64,000 nucleotides of DNA from an uncultured Deinococcaceae bacterium (GTDB lineage: Bacteria > Deinococcota > Deinococci > Deinococcales > Deinococcaceae). This document shows, in pieces, positions 1 to 10,620 of the stretch. Position numbers and translations under genes: made by a program. The first letter of the stretch is position 1. Each line of letters starts with the position of its first letter. Where the stretch lies: assembly GCA_964252075.1 (NCBI GenBank), contig CAXULY010000010.1, forward strand, positions 1 through 64,000. Reading direction: 5' to 3'. The notes beneath the pieces are model-generated. The model had not been told where the DNA came from. It did not search any database and saw nothing but the letters and a program-made list of their open reading frames with translations.

Positions 1-1937
1 GCGGTGAAGGTGCCGTTGTCGCTCTGCGGGGTGAACTGGAAGGACAGGTGCGGCGCGATCAGGAGCGCCGTCACGACCAGAAACGCCACCGCGCCCAGCA
101 GCACCGCGCCGCTGCCGGCCAGCATGCCGCCCAGCGTGCGGGCGTACCCGTCACGCACATAGTTCAGCACCGCCTCGGTGCCGCCGTTCAGGGTGCCGGA
201 GAGCGCTTCGAGCAGCGCCAGCAGCAGCACCAGCACGTAGTTCAGGACGCCCAGCGCCACGGGCATCAGCAGCGCGGTCAGCGCCCAGGTGGGCCCGAGC
301 GTGCGCCACAGCACCAGCGCGATCACGATGGTCAGGATGATGATCCACAGGTTGCGCATGGCGAGGAGGCCCCAGCGCATCGCGAAGCCCAGGCGCGTGA
401 TGCTGCGCGGCAGCTGCCGCCAGCTGATGGCGGGCGCGTCCGGGGTGTACGCCATGCGCACCGTGAGGAACAGCAGCGCCTCCAGCCACGACAGCAGCAC
501 GGCGGCCGCGAGCCCGAGGGCGAACTGCTGCAGGTACCCGCCGATGAAGCCCCCCACGAAACTCACCGGGATCAGCACAGCGAGCAGCGAGAGACTCGCG
601 GCCGCGACGGCGCTGAACACCTCGCTGGCGCCGCGCAGCACCGACTGCACGCGGTCGAGGCCCATCGCGCGGTAACGCTCGACGTTCTCCGCCACCACGA
701 TGCTGTCGTCCACCACGATGCCGATCGCAACGATCATGGCGAGCAAGGAGACCTGGTTGAAGGTGAAGCCCATCAGGGAGTACAGGACGGGCGCCGCCGC
801 GAGGGAGATGGGAATGGCGAGGATCACGCTGAAGGCGGTATTCACCCGACCCAGGAACAGCAGCACGATCACCGCCACCACGAGGGCGGTCAGGATGAGT
901 TCGCGGGTGGTGGCGCTGATGGCGCTGCGCACGGGGCCGGTGGTGTCGTTGCTGATGGTGTAGCTGTAGCCGCGCGGCAGGTTGGTGGCCTTGAGCTGCG
1001 CCTCCACGGCGTTCACGACGGCGACGGCGTTGCTGCCGCTGGTCTGCTGAATGGACACCAGCACCACGGGTTTGCCGTTCACGCGCGTGTAGCTCGTGAC
1101 GGAGCTGGCGTCCTTCACGGTCGCCACGTCACTGACATGAAGGTTCTTGCTGCCGTCAATCACGATGCCCGCGAGGTCGCTGAGGCTGCCAGGAACGCTG
1201 CGCGTCGTGAAGTTCACGGTGGTGCCGTCGCGCGTGATGCTGCCGATGGACTGGTTCACGTCCGCGCCCGTGATGGCGTTCGTGACCTGCTGCGGGCTGA
1301 GGTTGTACTGCGCGAGCTTGTCGGGGTTCAGCAGCACCTGGAACTGCCGCGCCGCGCCGCCCGTGATGCTGACGTCCGCGACGCCATCCACCTGCTGCAG
1401 GGTGGGCAGCAGGATGTTGTCGGCGTACTCGTACACCTGCTCCTGCGGAGCGGTACCGCCCGACAGGCCGAACTCCAGGATGGCCTGGGCGTTCGGGTCA
1501 AAGGTCCGCACGCTGGGCGTGCCCGCTTCCGAAGGCAGGCCGCGCAGGCCCGCGACGGCGGCGGAGACCTTGTTGACGTTGGCGTTCTTGTCGCTGCCCT
1601 CCGCGAACTGGATGGTGACGCGGCTGCTGCCCGTGCCGCTGCTGGAGTCGATGCCGCTCACGCCCTCGATGCCCACGATGGCGCCCTCGATGACCTGCGT
1701 GACGTTCTTGTCCACCAGTTCCGGCGTGGCGCCTGGGTAGCTGGTCTGCACGGACACGATGGGGATGTTGATGTTCGGGAGCTGGTCCACGCCGAGCGCG
1801 CGCGTCGCGATGAAGCCGAAGATCACGACGCCCACGAAGATGCCGATGGCGAGCACGTAGCGGCTCACGGAGAAGCCCACCAGGGGGTTCACCCGGTCGA
1901 AGAGGCGCTCCTGCACCGCCTTCAGGGGCGCCCTCAC
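1..1937 (-). CDS. RND efflux permease (AcrB/AcrD/AcrF family), runs off the window start
   Basis: Read manually on the minus strand. GTG at 1937 overlaps the MFP stop. N-terminus reads [52 protein letters not shown]; later [15 protein letters not shown], typical of RND TM4. Confidence 0.9.
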   Translation of the reverse strand, partial: MRAPLKAVQERLFDRVNPLVGFSVSRYVLAIGIFVGVVIFGFIATRALGVDQLPNINIPIVSVQTSYPGATPELVDKNVTQVIEGAIVGIEGVSGIDSSSGTGSSRVTIQFAEGSDKNANVNKVSAAVAGLRGLPSEAGTPSVRTFDPNAQAILEFGLSGGTAPQEQVYEYADNILLPTLQQVDGVADVSITGGAARQFQVLLNPDKLAQYNLSPQQVTNAITGADVNQSIGSITRDGTTVNFTTRSVPGSLSDLAGIVIDGSKNLHVSDVATVKDASSVTSYTRVNGKPVVLVSIQQTSGSNAVAVVNAVEAQLKATNLPRGYSYTISNDTTGPVRSAISATTRELILTALVVAVIVLLFLGRVNTAFSVILAIPISLAAAPVLYSLMGFTFNQVSLLAMIVAIGIVVDDSIVVAENVERYRAMGLDRVQSVLRGASEVFSAVAAASLSLLAVLIPVSFVGGFIGGYLQQFALGLAAAVLLSWLEALLFLTVRMAYTPDAPAISWRQLPRSITRLGFAMRWGLLAMRNLWIIILTIVIALVLWRTLGPTWALTALLMPVALGVLNYVLVLLLALLEALSGTLNGGTEAVLNYVRDGYARTLGGMLAGSGAVLLGAVAFLVVTALLIAPHLSFQFTPQSDNGTFT

Positions 1938-3577
1938 GGCTGGCCCCCGGGGGTTCCGGCGGGCGGCGCGCCCGCGCCGCCCTGGCCCTGACCGCCGCGC
2001 GAGAAGCCCGCGCCGCTGCCCCCGCTCGCGGAGGCGCCGTTCGTGCCGCGCTCACGCTGGCGCCTGCCGCCGAAGCTTCCGCCCTGCGTGCCCTGGCCGC
2101 CCGCGCCCGGCGCAGCGCCCTGAAGCGTGACGCGCGCGCCGTCCAGCAGGCCGTCGGGCGGGTCGGAGAGGATGCTGGAACCCGCCGCGAGGCCGCTGAC
2201 GGCGCTCTGGTCGCCGCTCTGCCCCAGCACCGTCACGTTCTGCCGCTTGGCCTGCCCGTTCTGATTCAGGAACACGTAGGACTGCGTGCCGTCCGACTGC
2301 ACGGCGGCGCTGGGCACCACCACGCCGCTCGCGACGGGCACGCTGTACTGGATGGTGCCCACGGCGCCCACGTCGGGCAGCGGGCTGCCCAGCAGGCGGG
2401 CACTCACCGTCACGACGGAGTTGACGGGGGCGGGGGGGTTCTGGTCCAGCTTCACCTGATAGGTCTGGTTGTTCAGCTTCAGCGGCAGCACGGTCCCCGC
2501 CTTCAGGGCGCTCGCGTCGGACGGCGCGACGTTGAAGGTCACCTTGCGTCCCGCGCTCACCAGAGTAAAGACCGCCGAGCCCGTGTTCACGTTCTCGCCG
2601 GGGTTCACCGCCACCGCGCTGACCTGCCCCGCGAAGGGCGCGCGCACCGTCAGGTTCCCCAGGTTCTGCTGCGCCTGGCGCAGGCTCGCCTCCGCGTCAT
2701 TCACGCTCAGTTGCAGGCTGGCGAGGGTCTCGCTCTTCGCCCGCCCGTTCGTCGCGAGGGACGCCTGCGCGCTCGCCAGGGTGGCGCGGGCCGAGTCCAC
2801 CGCGCTGCGCGCGCTGTTCAGCTCACTCTGCGCGATGCCGCCGATGGCGTAGAGCTTCTGGTCGGCGGCGTACGTCTGCTGGGCGGTGGCGAGGGCCGCC
2901 TGGGCGCTGGACACCTGCAGTTGCAGCTGGTTGCGCTGGTCGAGGTTGGCGTTCGTCTGCGTGGCGAGGTCCACGCGCGCCTTCTGCAGGTTGCTCTGCG
3001 CACTCTGCACCGCGGCCTGCAGCGTGTCGCTGCTCAGGGTCGCGACCGCCTGGCCCTGCCGCACGGTCGCGCCGGCAGGCTGCAGGATCTGCTGCACCAC
3101 GCCGCTCGCCTGCGCCGCCACGTTGCTCTGCAGCGCCGGCACCACCGTCCCCGCCGTGGTCCGCTGGGCGCTCAGCTGGCCCTGCTTGACGGTGGCGACC
3201 GTCACGACGGTCTCGCCGCCCGCGCCCCGCCCGAAGCCGCCCGCGCCTCGGCGGCGCCCGCTGAAGCCGCCCGCACCGCCCGCCGCGGACGCCCCGGCGG
3301 TGGCGCTCGCGCCGCTCGTTCCGGCGGCGCCGCGCGCGCCGCCCGCCCGGCCCGCCTGCCCTGCGCCGGGCGCCCCACCGAAACCGCCCGCGCCGCCGAA
3401 GCCGCCCTGCGCCTGCCCGCCGCCGCTCGCGCCGCTCAGGCGCACGCCCAGCAGGTACCCGAAGGCGCCCACCGCGACGATGCCCAGCACGATCAGCACG
3501 CGCGAGATGATGCGACCCGCCCGGCCATTCACGGGGGGCCGCTCCCGTCCGTTCACGGGGGTGTCGCCATTCATCAC
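1934..3577 (-). CDS. RND efflux periplasmic adaptor (MFP) with Gly-rich low-complexity ends
   Basis: N-terminal TM helix, coiled-coil hairpin, [21 protein letters not shown] lipoyl-like motif; in an operon with the RND permease. Confidence 0.9.
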   Translation of the reverse strand: MMNGDTPVNGRERPPVNGRAGRIISRVLIVLGIVAVGAFGYLLGVRLSGASGGGQAQGGFGGAGGFGGAPGAGQAGRAGGARGAAGTSGASATAGASAAGGAGGFSGRRRGAGGFGRGAGGETVVTVATVKQGQLSAQRTTAGTVVPALQSNVAAQASGVVQQILQPAGATVRQGQAVATLSSDTLQAAVQSAQSNLQKARVDLATQTNANLDQRNQLQLQVSSAQAALATAQQTYAADQKLYAIGGIAQSELNSARSAVDSARATLASAQASLATNGRAKSETLASLQLSVNDAEASLRQAQQNLGNLTVRAPFAGQVSAVAVNPGENVNTGSAVFTLVSAGRKVTFNVAPSDASALKAGTVLPLKLNNQTYQVKLDQNPPAPVNSVVTVSARLLGSPLPDVGAVGTIQYSVPVASGVVVPSAAVQSDGTQSYVFLNQNGQAKRQNVTVLGQSGDQSAVSGLAAGSSILSDPPDGLLDGARVTLQGAAPGAGGQGTQGGSFGGRRQRERGTNGASASGGSGAGFSRGGQGQGGAGAPPAGTPGGQP

Positions 3578-4665
3578 TGACCTGCCTTGGCGACCAGCCC
3601 CGTCACATCACTGCCCGCGGCGGCAGCGAGGGCGGCGAGGGACTTCCAGTAGGTGTCCACCGCTTGCGTGAGGGTGAACTTAGCGCTCTGCAACGCCACT
3701 TGGCTGCTCTGCAGGTCCACCAGCGAAATGATGCCGCTCTTGTACCGCGCCTGCGCCTGCGTGAGGGTCGTCTGCGCGTTCGTGACGGCCTTCTGCTGAA
3801 TGGCGATGCGGCTGTACGCGTCCTGCGCCGCGCTGTAGCTGTCCTTGAGGGTGCTCGCGGCGGTCTTCTCGGTGTTCGCCAGCGTGCGCTGGTCGTTCTG
3901 CAGGTCCGCCTGCGCGTTCTGCAGGGTGAGGCGCGGGGTGTAGTCGTTGTTGCTGGTCTGCACCGTCAGCTGGTCGTTCGCTACCGCCTGCTGCGCCTGC
4001 ACGACCGACGGGAGGCGGGCGTTCAGGCCCTGCGTGAGGGTGGCGAGCGGCGTGGTGAGTTTGGGTGGCGCGGGGGGCGCCTGCAGGGTGAGGGTGCTGG
4101 TGCTCTGCGCGAAGAGCCGCGCGAGTTCCGTGGCCTGCACCGTGATCTGCGCGTTGGCGTTCGCGAGGTTCTGCTGGTCGGTGTTCACGGTGTTCTGCGC
4201 TTTGCTGACGTCCAGGCTGGTGCCGGTCCGCGCCTGCAGTTTGGCCTGCGCGACCTGCAGGTTCTTCTGGTCGAGGTTCAGCTGCGCGGTGAGCAGGTTG
4301 ATGTTCTGCTGCGTCTCGTACAGGCCCAGGTAGGCGTTCACGACGCTCTGCAGCACCGTGAGGCGCGCGTTCGCGAGGTTCACCTGCGCGAGCTTGACGG
4401 CGTTCTGCGCGCTGGTGAGGTCCGCGACCAGGGTGCTGGGGTCCCCCTGCCGGGCGCGCAGCGTCGCCTGCGCGTTCTGCAGGGTGGTCTGCGCGCTCGT
4501 CAGGGTCGGACCCTGCGTGTACGCGAGGCTGAGGGCCTGCCCGAGGGACAGGGTGCTGGTGGCGGGCGCGCTGCGGGTGGTGCTGGTGGCGGGCGCGCGC
4601 TGCGCGAGGGCCGGGGCGAGCAGCGCGGCGGTCAGGACGAAAAGGACGGTCGGGCGAATCTTCAT
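3574..4665 (-). CDS. TolC-family outer membrane efflux protein
   Basis: Signal peptide, LSLGQALSLAY motif and AQARYKSGIISLVDL C-terminal motif; 4-bp overlaps with both neighbours. Confidence 0.8.
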   Translation of the reverse strand: MKIRPTVLFVLTAALLAPALAQRAPATSTTRSAPATSTLSLGQALSLAYTQGPTLTSAQTTLQNAQATLRARQGDPSTLVADLTSAQNAVKLAQVNLANARLTVLQSVVNAYLGLYETQQNINLLTAQLNLDQKNLQVAQAKLQARTGTSLDVSKAQNTVNTDQQNLANANAQITVQATELARLFAQSTSTLTLQAPPAPPKLTTPLATLTQGLNARLPSVVQAQQAVANDQLTVQTSNNDYTPRLTLQNAQADLQNDQRTLANTEKTAASTLKDSYSAAQDAYSRIAIQQKAVTNAQTTLTQAQARYKSGIISLVDLQSSQVALQSAKFTLTQAVDTYWKSLAALAAAAGSDVTGLVAKAGQ

Positions 4666-6044
4666 GGGGTGCCTCCGGTGGCGATGGTCAGGGAGACGCC
4701 CGCGAGCTGCGCGGTCTCCAGGGTGTCTTCGAGGTCGCGGCTCGCCTGCAGCAGGTTCACCTGGGCGTTCGTGACGTCCGTCGCGATGGCGAGACCGGCG
4801 GCGAACTGGGCGTTCGTGGTGTCGAGGGTGGACTGCGCGGCCTGCAGGCGCGTCTGCGCGGCGGTGAGGGCGTCGCGCGCGCTGGCGAGCTGCGCATACG
4901 TCTGGCGGACGTTCTGCTCGACCGTCTGGCGCGCCAGTCCGAGCGCCACCTGGGCGTTGGACACCGACACCTGCGCGCTCGCGATGCGCGCGTCCCCGAC
5001 GGGATCAATGATGGTGTAGGACGCCGAGACGCCCAGGGAGAAGCTGCCGTTGTTCCCGGAGCCGGTGAGCGGCTGGCTGAAGCTCGCGGTGAGGTCGCCG
5101 GTCTTCAGGTCCAGGCTGGTGGACAGGCTGGTGCCGCCCTGACCGCTGCCGGACGCGCCGTACTTCGCGCTGGCGCTCAGCGCGGGGAGGCTGCGGTCGC
5201 GCCGCGCGGCGGCGAGGTCGTCCTGGGCGTTCGCGAGGTCCTCGTTGGCGCCCACCACTTCCGCGCGCTGCGCGAGCGCCTGCGCCACGAGGGCGTTCAC
5301 GTCGCCGGGTTCGGCGGGGAGGGTGGGGGCGGTGCTGAAGGTCACGTCGCTGAGCGTCACGCCCAGCGTGCTCGCCAGCGCGAAGGTGCTGGTCTGCAGG
5401 GTCGCCTGGGCGGTCGCGACGGCCGCCGCCGCCGCCTGCGCGTCGGCCTGCCGCGTGAGCAGCGTCTCCTGCGTGATGGTGTTCTGCGCGCGCTGCGCGG
5501 TGGCCGCGGCGAGCAGCGCCTGGCGCAGCGCGCTGGTCTGCTGCGCGACGGTGAGGTCCTGCTGCGCGAGGCGCGCCGCGAAGTACTGCTGCACGGTCGT
5601 CTGGCGGAGCCGCGCGCGGGTGGTGCCGAGCGTGGTGCGGGCCGTCACGAGCGCGCGTTCGGCGCTGCGCACCGCATCGTTGGTGGAGGACCACGGCAGG
5701 ACGTTCAGGGACGCGCTGGCGTCCACGCTGGCGTTCAGGCCCGCGCCGGTGGCGGTGCTGGCGCTGCCGCCCACCGCGACACTCAGGCCCGCGGCGGCCT
5801 GGGCGCCCCGCAGGGCCTGCTGCGCCGCCTGGTACGCGAGGTCCGCCTGACGCCACTGGGGGGCGCTGGGCAGGGCGTTCAGCGCGTCCTGCAGGGTGAA
5901 GGGCCGGGCGGGCGCGGTCGTTGAGGGCGCCGCGCTGCTGGTGGCGGGCGCGGCGGGGGTGGTCTGGGCGGCGGCCACGCCGACCAGCAAGGTCACGGAC
6001 AGCCAGAAGGCCCGCACGCGCGCGTGGCGGGGTTCAGGCGTCAC
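4662..6044 (-). CDS. TolC-family outer membrane efflux protein
   Basis: Signal peptide, FTLQDAL motif and AQFAAGLAIATDV motif; first gene of the RND operon. Confidence 0.8.
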   Translation of the reverse strand: MTPEPRHARVRAFWLSVTLLVGVAAAQTTPAAPATSSAAPSTTAPARPFTLQDALNALPSAPQWRQADLAYQAAQQALRGAQAAAGLSVAVGGSASTATGAGLNASVDASASLNVLPWSSTNDAVRSAERALVTARTTLGTTRARLRQTTVQQYFAARLAQQDLTVAQQTSALRQALLAAATAQRAQNTITQETLLTRQADAQAAAAAVATAQATLQTSTFALASTLGVTLSDVTFSTAPTLPAEPGDVNALVAQALAQRAEVVGANEDLANAQDDLAAARRDRSLPALSASAKYGASGSGQGGTSLSTSLDLKTGDLTASFSQPLTGSGNNGSFSLGVSASYTIIDPVGDARIASAQVSVSNAQVALGLARQTVEQNVRQTYAQLASARDALTAAQTRLQAAQSTLDTTNAQFAAGLAIATDVTNAQVNLLQASRDLEDTLETAQLAGVSLTIATGGTP

Positions 6045-6138
6045 GGCGACTCCCGGTGGGCGTTTCAGTGGTCATGGCACCTCATGACCGCAGTATTCAG
6101 GAGGCGCGTAAAAAAACAGCAAAGGGCCTTACGGCATG

Positions 6139-6186
6139 CACCTGCATGAAGACGCCCCCAAAGCTGGGGGCGTCTTCATGCAGGTG
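6139..6186. repeat. Perfect 22-bp inverted repeat with a 4-nt loop (hairpin, terminator or REP-like)
   Basis: CACCTGCATGAAGACGCCCCCA-AAGC-TGGGGGCGTCTTCATGCAGGTG. Confidence 0.85.
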
Positions 6187-6202
6187 GGAAGCGGCGCGGC
6201 GC

Positions 6203-6604
6203 TTACTCGCTGTCCACCGTGGGGGTGCCGCTGTCGAGGCTCAGGGAGTAGCCGTTCAGGTCGGCGGCGTCGTTGGTGGTGTCGCCCAGCGCGAGGGTGT
6301 ACGTGCCGCCCGCCGCGGGCACGTTGATGGTCTGCGACACGATGTCCTTCACGCCGGGGTCCAGGTAGTTGGGGGTCACGACGACGGTGTGCTCGCCGGG
6401 CGCGAGGGTGACGGGGAAGGTGGTGGCGTCCGCCGAGAAGACGTTCGAGAACAACTTCTGGCCGTCCACGTACACGTTCACCACGCTGGCCGGGCTCGAC
6501 TCGTTGCTGAAGTACACCTGGGTGCCGTTCGCCTGCGCGCCCGCCAGTCCGGCGAAACCAAGTCCGAGGGCCGCAACCGCACCAATCATCATCTTGCGCA
6601 TCAT
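6203..6604 (-). CDS. Secreted beta-sandwich protein, DUF4397-like
   Basis: SD AGGAGA before ATG 6604; signal peptide; VNVYVDGQKLFSNV and LAPGEHTVVV motifs. Confidence 0.6.
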   Translation of the reverse strand: MMRKMMIGAVAALGLGFAGLAGAQANGTQVYFSNESSPASVVNVYVDGQKLFSNVFSADATTFPVTLAPGEHTVVVTPNYLDPGVKDIVSQTINVPAAGGTYTLALGDTTNDAADLNGYSLSLDSGTPTVDSE

Positions 6605-6850
6605 TCCATCTCCTTCTTGACGTTCGGAACACTGAACGTTTCCGAGGCCCACGCTAGTCACGTCGGGTGAAAAGAACACGCAAGGCAGGTAAAAGACCAG
6701 TAAAAACGCGTAAAGGACGCGAGGACTTCATCAAAAGTGGTGTGCGTGCCCATTGCGGCACGCACACCTTCATCTTCCCGCGCAATTGAAGCTTTTATTA
6801 GTTTTCTCTTATAAACAAGCCGACAACACAATGTCGTCCAGCCCTGATGC

Positions 6851-7183
6851 TCACTTCAGGGTCTTGATGTACGCCTGCAACGCCTTGATCTCGGCGGCGC
6901 TCGGCGGCTTGCCGTTGTCGCCGCTGAACCCCACCTTGCCCCAGTTCGGCATGGGGGGTTTGAGGGGCTTGCCGTGGTCGTCCACGTCCTTGAGCATGGC
7001 GCGGCTGAACAGCGCATAGGACCAGCCGCCCGCCTCATGCAGGGCAGGCCCCACGCCGCCCTGCGCCTTCGCGCCGTGACACCCGGCGCAGTTCGTGCTG
7101 TAGATGGCCTTGCCGCTCACCGCGGCCGTCGCGGCGCCCCCCAGTGCCAGCGCCAGCAGCGCGCCTTTCAGGATGCTGTTCAT
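6851..7183 (-). CDS. Cytochrome c (class I)
   Basis: Signal peptide, CAGCH heme-binding motif, distal Met in PPMP. Confidence 0.92.
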   Translation of the reverse strand: MNSILKGALLALALGGAATAAVSGKAIYSTNCAGCHGAKAQGGVGPALHEAGGWSYALFSRAMLKDVDDHGKPLKPPMPNWGKVGFSGDNGKPPSAAEIKALQAYIKTLK

Positions 7184-7244
7184 GATGGACCTCCAGCCTC
7201 AGTAAACACCGCCGCCGCTCATGGGCACATGAAATGTGGGGTGT

Positions 7245-8096
7245 TCATGCGCTGAGGTTCACCTCGGCGACCTTCGCGAGCAGGCGGAAGGTCTGGAAGA
7301 GCTGCAGCGCGTCCGGGCTCTCGAAGCGCACGGCGCAGGCGTCCACGCGCGTGACGCCCGGCACGCGCGCGCACTGGTCGGCGCGCGCCTGGTGATCGAA
7401 ACGCAGGTCGACCGTGGCGGGCCAGCGCGTGGTGTGGGGCCGGGCGCGTCCCGCCTCGCGCAGCGCGCGCTCCGCACCCTCGCGAATGAGGGCCTGCGCG
7501 CGCGTGGGGTGCAGGTGCACGGCGCTGTAACTGCTCAGGCCGCGCTTCACCTCCACCGTAACGACACCCTCCCCGAGTTCCGCGCGGATCTGCGCCATGG
7601 CCTGATCGTCGCCGCTCGCGAACACCACCGGCACGCCGTAATGCCCGGCCACGAGGGCGTTCAGGCCGTACTCGCCGGTCGGGACGCCGTTCACCACCAC
7701 GTCCCGCACGAAGCCGTTCCAGGTGTGCGCGAGCGGACCGTTCGGGGTGCCCGCCCGCGCGTGGTACCCCACGAACAGCAGCGCGCCCACGCCGGGCTCG
7801 TCCACGCCCTGCACCATGCTGAGGGGCTTGTCGTTGCCACTCACGAACGCCGCGAAGTCCGGCAGGTCCTCGGGAATCAGGTTGCGCATGCCGTCGTGCG
7901 AGTCGTTCACGAGGACCGCGCTCGCGCCGCCCGCGCGGGCGCCCTCGGCGGCGGCGCCCGCCTCCAGCGTCATGCGGCGCCGCGCTCGCTCGTACTCCGC
8001 GCCGCTCACCAGCCCACCGAATTCCGGTGGGCTCACCTGCACCCAGGAGTTCACCCCGCACACGCCCTCCATGTCCACACTGACCACGACCTTCAT
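7245..8096 (-). CDS. M55-family D-aminopeptidase (DppA-like)
   Basis: MKVVVSVDMEG, VNDSH, GYHARAG and LAHT motifs. Confidence 0.92.
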   Translation of the reverse strand: MKVVVSVDMEGVCGVNSWVQVSPPEFGGLVSGAEYERARRRMTLEAGAAAEGARAGGASAVLVNDSHDGMRNLIPEDLPDFAAFVSGNDKPLSMVQGVDEPGVGALLFVGYHARAGTPNGPLAHTWNGFVRDVVVNGVPTGEYGLNALVAGHYGVPVVFASGDDQAMAQIRAELGEGVVTVEVKRGLSSYSAVHLHPTRAQALIREGAERALREAGRARPHTTRWPATVDLRFDHQARADQCARVPGVTRVDACAVRFESPDALQLFQTFRLLAKVAEVNLSA

Positions 8097-8179
8097 GACC
8101 CCTCCTGTGCCCCACGCGTCCGGCGGGGTGACTGATCTGGCGGATGCCTGCGCCCACCCTAGCGCCCTACGCTCGGGTC

Positions 8180-8887
8180 ATGAGCCTGCTGCTGCGCGTG
8201 GAAGAAGCCGAAGCCCGACACCTCACCCTGTACGGCGGGGAGGTCGCGACCTTCGGCGCGGTGCGCGCCGTGAACGCCGGGCCGGACCTGCCCATCAACG
8301 TCGCGGCGGGCTTCGGGAATCAGGAGGACGCGCCGCTGGACGCCGTGGAGGACTTCTTCGCGCGGCGCGGCCTGCCCGCCCGCCTGACCGTGTGGTCCGA
8401 GGCGCACCCCGCGCTCCTCGCGCGCGTCGCGGCGCGCGGTTACCAGCTGAAGTTCCTGCTGCACGCGCACGCCCGCACGCTCGGTGACCTGCCGGACGCG
8501 CCTGCGCTGGCTGTGGAGCGGGTGGACGGCGCGGCGTGGCTGCCCCTCGCGCTGCGCGCCTTCGGGCCGGGCAGCGAGGGCATCATGGCGCTCATCGCGC
8601 AGCGTCCCTCGACGCGCCTGTATGTCGCCGCGCAAGGGGGTGAGCCGCTGGGGGTGGGCGCGCTGACGGTGCTGGACGGCGTGGCGCTCCTGCACACCGC
8701 CGCCACCCTGCCCGAGCAGCGGCGGCGCGGCGCGCAGGCCGCGCTGATCGCGGCGCGCCTGCATGAGGCGCGGGCGGCAGGCGCGGACATGGCGAGCGTC
8801 CTCACGTCCCCCGGCAGCGCCAGCGAGCGCAACGTGCGCCGCTTCGGGTTCGGGATGCTCGGCGCGCGCCTCAGCTTCGACCGCTAG
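8180..8887 (+). CDS. GNAT N-acetyltransferase
   Basis: ATLPEQRRRGAQAAL acetyl-CoA motif; leaderless start (TACGCT-6 nt-ATG). Confidence 0.8.
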   Translation: MSLLLRVEEAEARHLTLYGGEVATFGAVRAVNAGPDLPINVAAGFGNQEDAPLDAVEDFFARRGLPARLTVWSEAHPALLARVAARGYQLKFLLHAHARTLGDLPDAPALAVERVDGAAWLPLALRAFGPGSEGIMALIAQRPSTRLYVAAQGGEPLGVGALTVLDGVALLHTAATLPEQRRRGAQAALIAARLHEARAAGADMASVLTSPGSASERNVRRFGFGMLGARLSFDR

Positions 8888-8944
8888 GGCGGTCGGGGTG
8901 TCGGGCCGCACCCCGCTCCAGGCCGCTGGCCTGCACCTGCGCCC

Positions 8945-9325
8945 TCAGGGGTGCACGGTGTGCCCGGCGCCGCGCAGGGCCGTGACGGCGTCCGGCAGTT
9001 GCGCGGCCTTCACCAGCAGGTAGTCCGTGTCGAAGGTGCTGAGCGCGAAGATGCCCACGCCCGCCTGCGCGAGCGGCGCCAGCACGCTGGACAGCACCCC
9101 CGTCAGCGCGAAGTCGAAGGGACCGCGCAGTTGCAGCAGCGCCCAGCCGCGCTCGGCGCGCACGCCCGCAGGCACGCGGTCGGCCTCCAGCACCACGGAC
9201 AGCTCACCCTCAGTGCGCGTGAGCGAGAAGAACCCGCCCGCGAGCGCCCACGTGGGCACCGGCGCGTCGGGCGGCAGCTGGGCAATGGCGTACTCGCCGG
9301 GCAAGGCGGTGAGGGTTTGCGGCAT
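8945..9325 (-). CDS. ACT-domain protein
   Basis: FFSLTRTEGELSVV, GPFDFALTGVL and STFDTDYLLV motifs; leaderless start TACACT-6 nt-ATG. Confidence 0.85.
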   Translation of the reverse strand: MPQTLTALPGEYAIAQLPPDAPVPTWALAGGFFSLTRTEGELSVVLEADRVPAGVRAERGWALLQLRGPFDFALTGVLSSVLAPLAQAGVGIFALSTFDTDYLLVKAAQLPDAVTALRGAGHTVHP

Positions 9326-9340
9326 GCGGGCAGTGTAAAG

Positions 9341-9378
9341 GCGCTGGGGCGCGGACCACACGGTCCGCGCCCCAGCGC
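9341..9378. terminator. Hairpin downstream of mglA
   Basis: GCGCTGGGGCGCGGACC / GGTCCGCGCCCCAGCGC inverted repeat. Confidence 0.6.
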
Positions 9379-9391
9379 CCCGCAGGTGGCC

Positions 9392-9982
<591 letters not shown>

Positions 9983-9997
9983 GCCATGTCCTCCCTG

Positions 9998-10483
9998 TTA
10001 CCCGAGCAGGTCGTCGAGCAGGGCGCTGGCGCTTTGCGAGAAGTCCTGATCGAACTCCACGGGGGGCGCGTCCTGAACGTCCTTGAGAATGATTTCCAGT
10101 TCACGGATGGTCTTCTTGGCGTACACCTTCACTCGCCCGAGCGGCACGCTCTGGTCGAAGATCATGACCAGCAGCGCCACGTCGCCCAGCGACTCCACGT
10201 ACAGCACGCCGTTCTCACCCTGGTGGATCTGCTCGCTGAAGGTGCGTTCGCCCAGCATGCCAGCGAGCGCGCCGGTCGCCGCCGCGTTGCCCGCCACGAG
10301 CGCCGCGATGGAGTCAAGGGCGGGGGGCCTCGGAGCCCATAAGGCCTCCTTGTGGGACAGGACGAAGCCCTTGCGGTCGACCATCAGGCAGTAGCGCACG
10401 CCTGTGGCGCTGAGCAGCTCATCAAGGTGCTGCTCAACCCTCTCGAAGGACTCGCCGTAGAGTGCGAGTGAAGGTTCAATCAT
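9998..10483 (-). CDS. mglB: MglB roadblock/LC7 GAP
   Basis: Roadblock-type sequence ([13 protein letters not shown]) directly upstream of mglA. Confidence 0.9.
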   Translation of the reverse strand: MIEPSLALYGESFERVEQHLDELLSATGVRYCLMVDRKGFVLSHKEALWAPRPPALDSIAALVAGNAAATGALAGMLGERTFSEQIHQGENGVLYVESLGDVALLVMIFDQSVPLGRVKVYAKKTIRELEIILKDVQDAPPVEFDQDFSQSASALLDDLLG

Positions 10484-10620
10484 ATGGCTCTCAGTATAGG
10501 AGCATGGTCTGACAGTTTTATTTCAGCAGGGCGAAGAACGCGGGCCTTCATGTTCTCATGCGGGGCACCGCTGGCGCACATCTCACGAGCGTGCGCGGGC
10601 GCGCCGCTACACTGGCGCGC

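Noticed and set aside
48..1991. Long antisense or alternate-frame ORFs (e.g. 48..1991, 16685..18628, 24140..26770, 57294..59342)
   Set aside because: Shadow ORFs of high-GC genes; low-complexity Arg/Ala/Gly/His translations overlapping well-supported genes.
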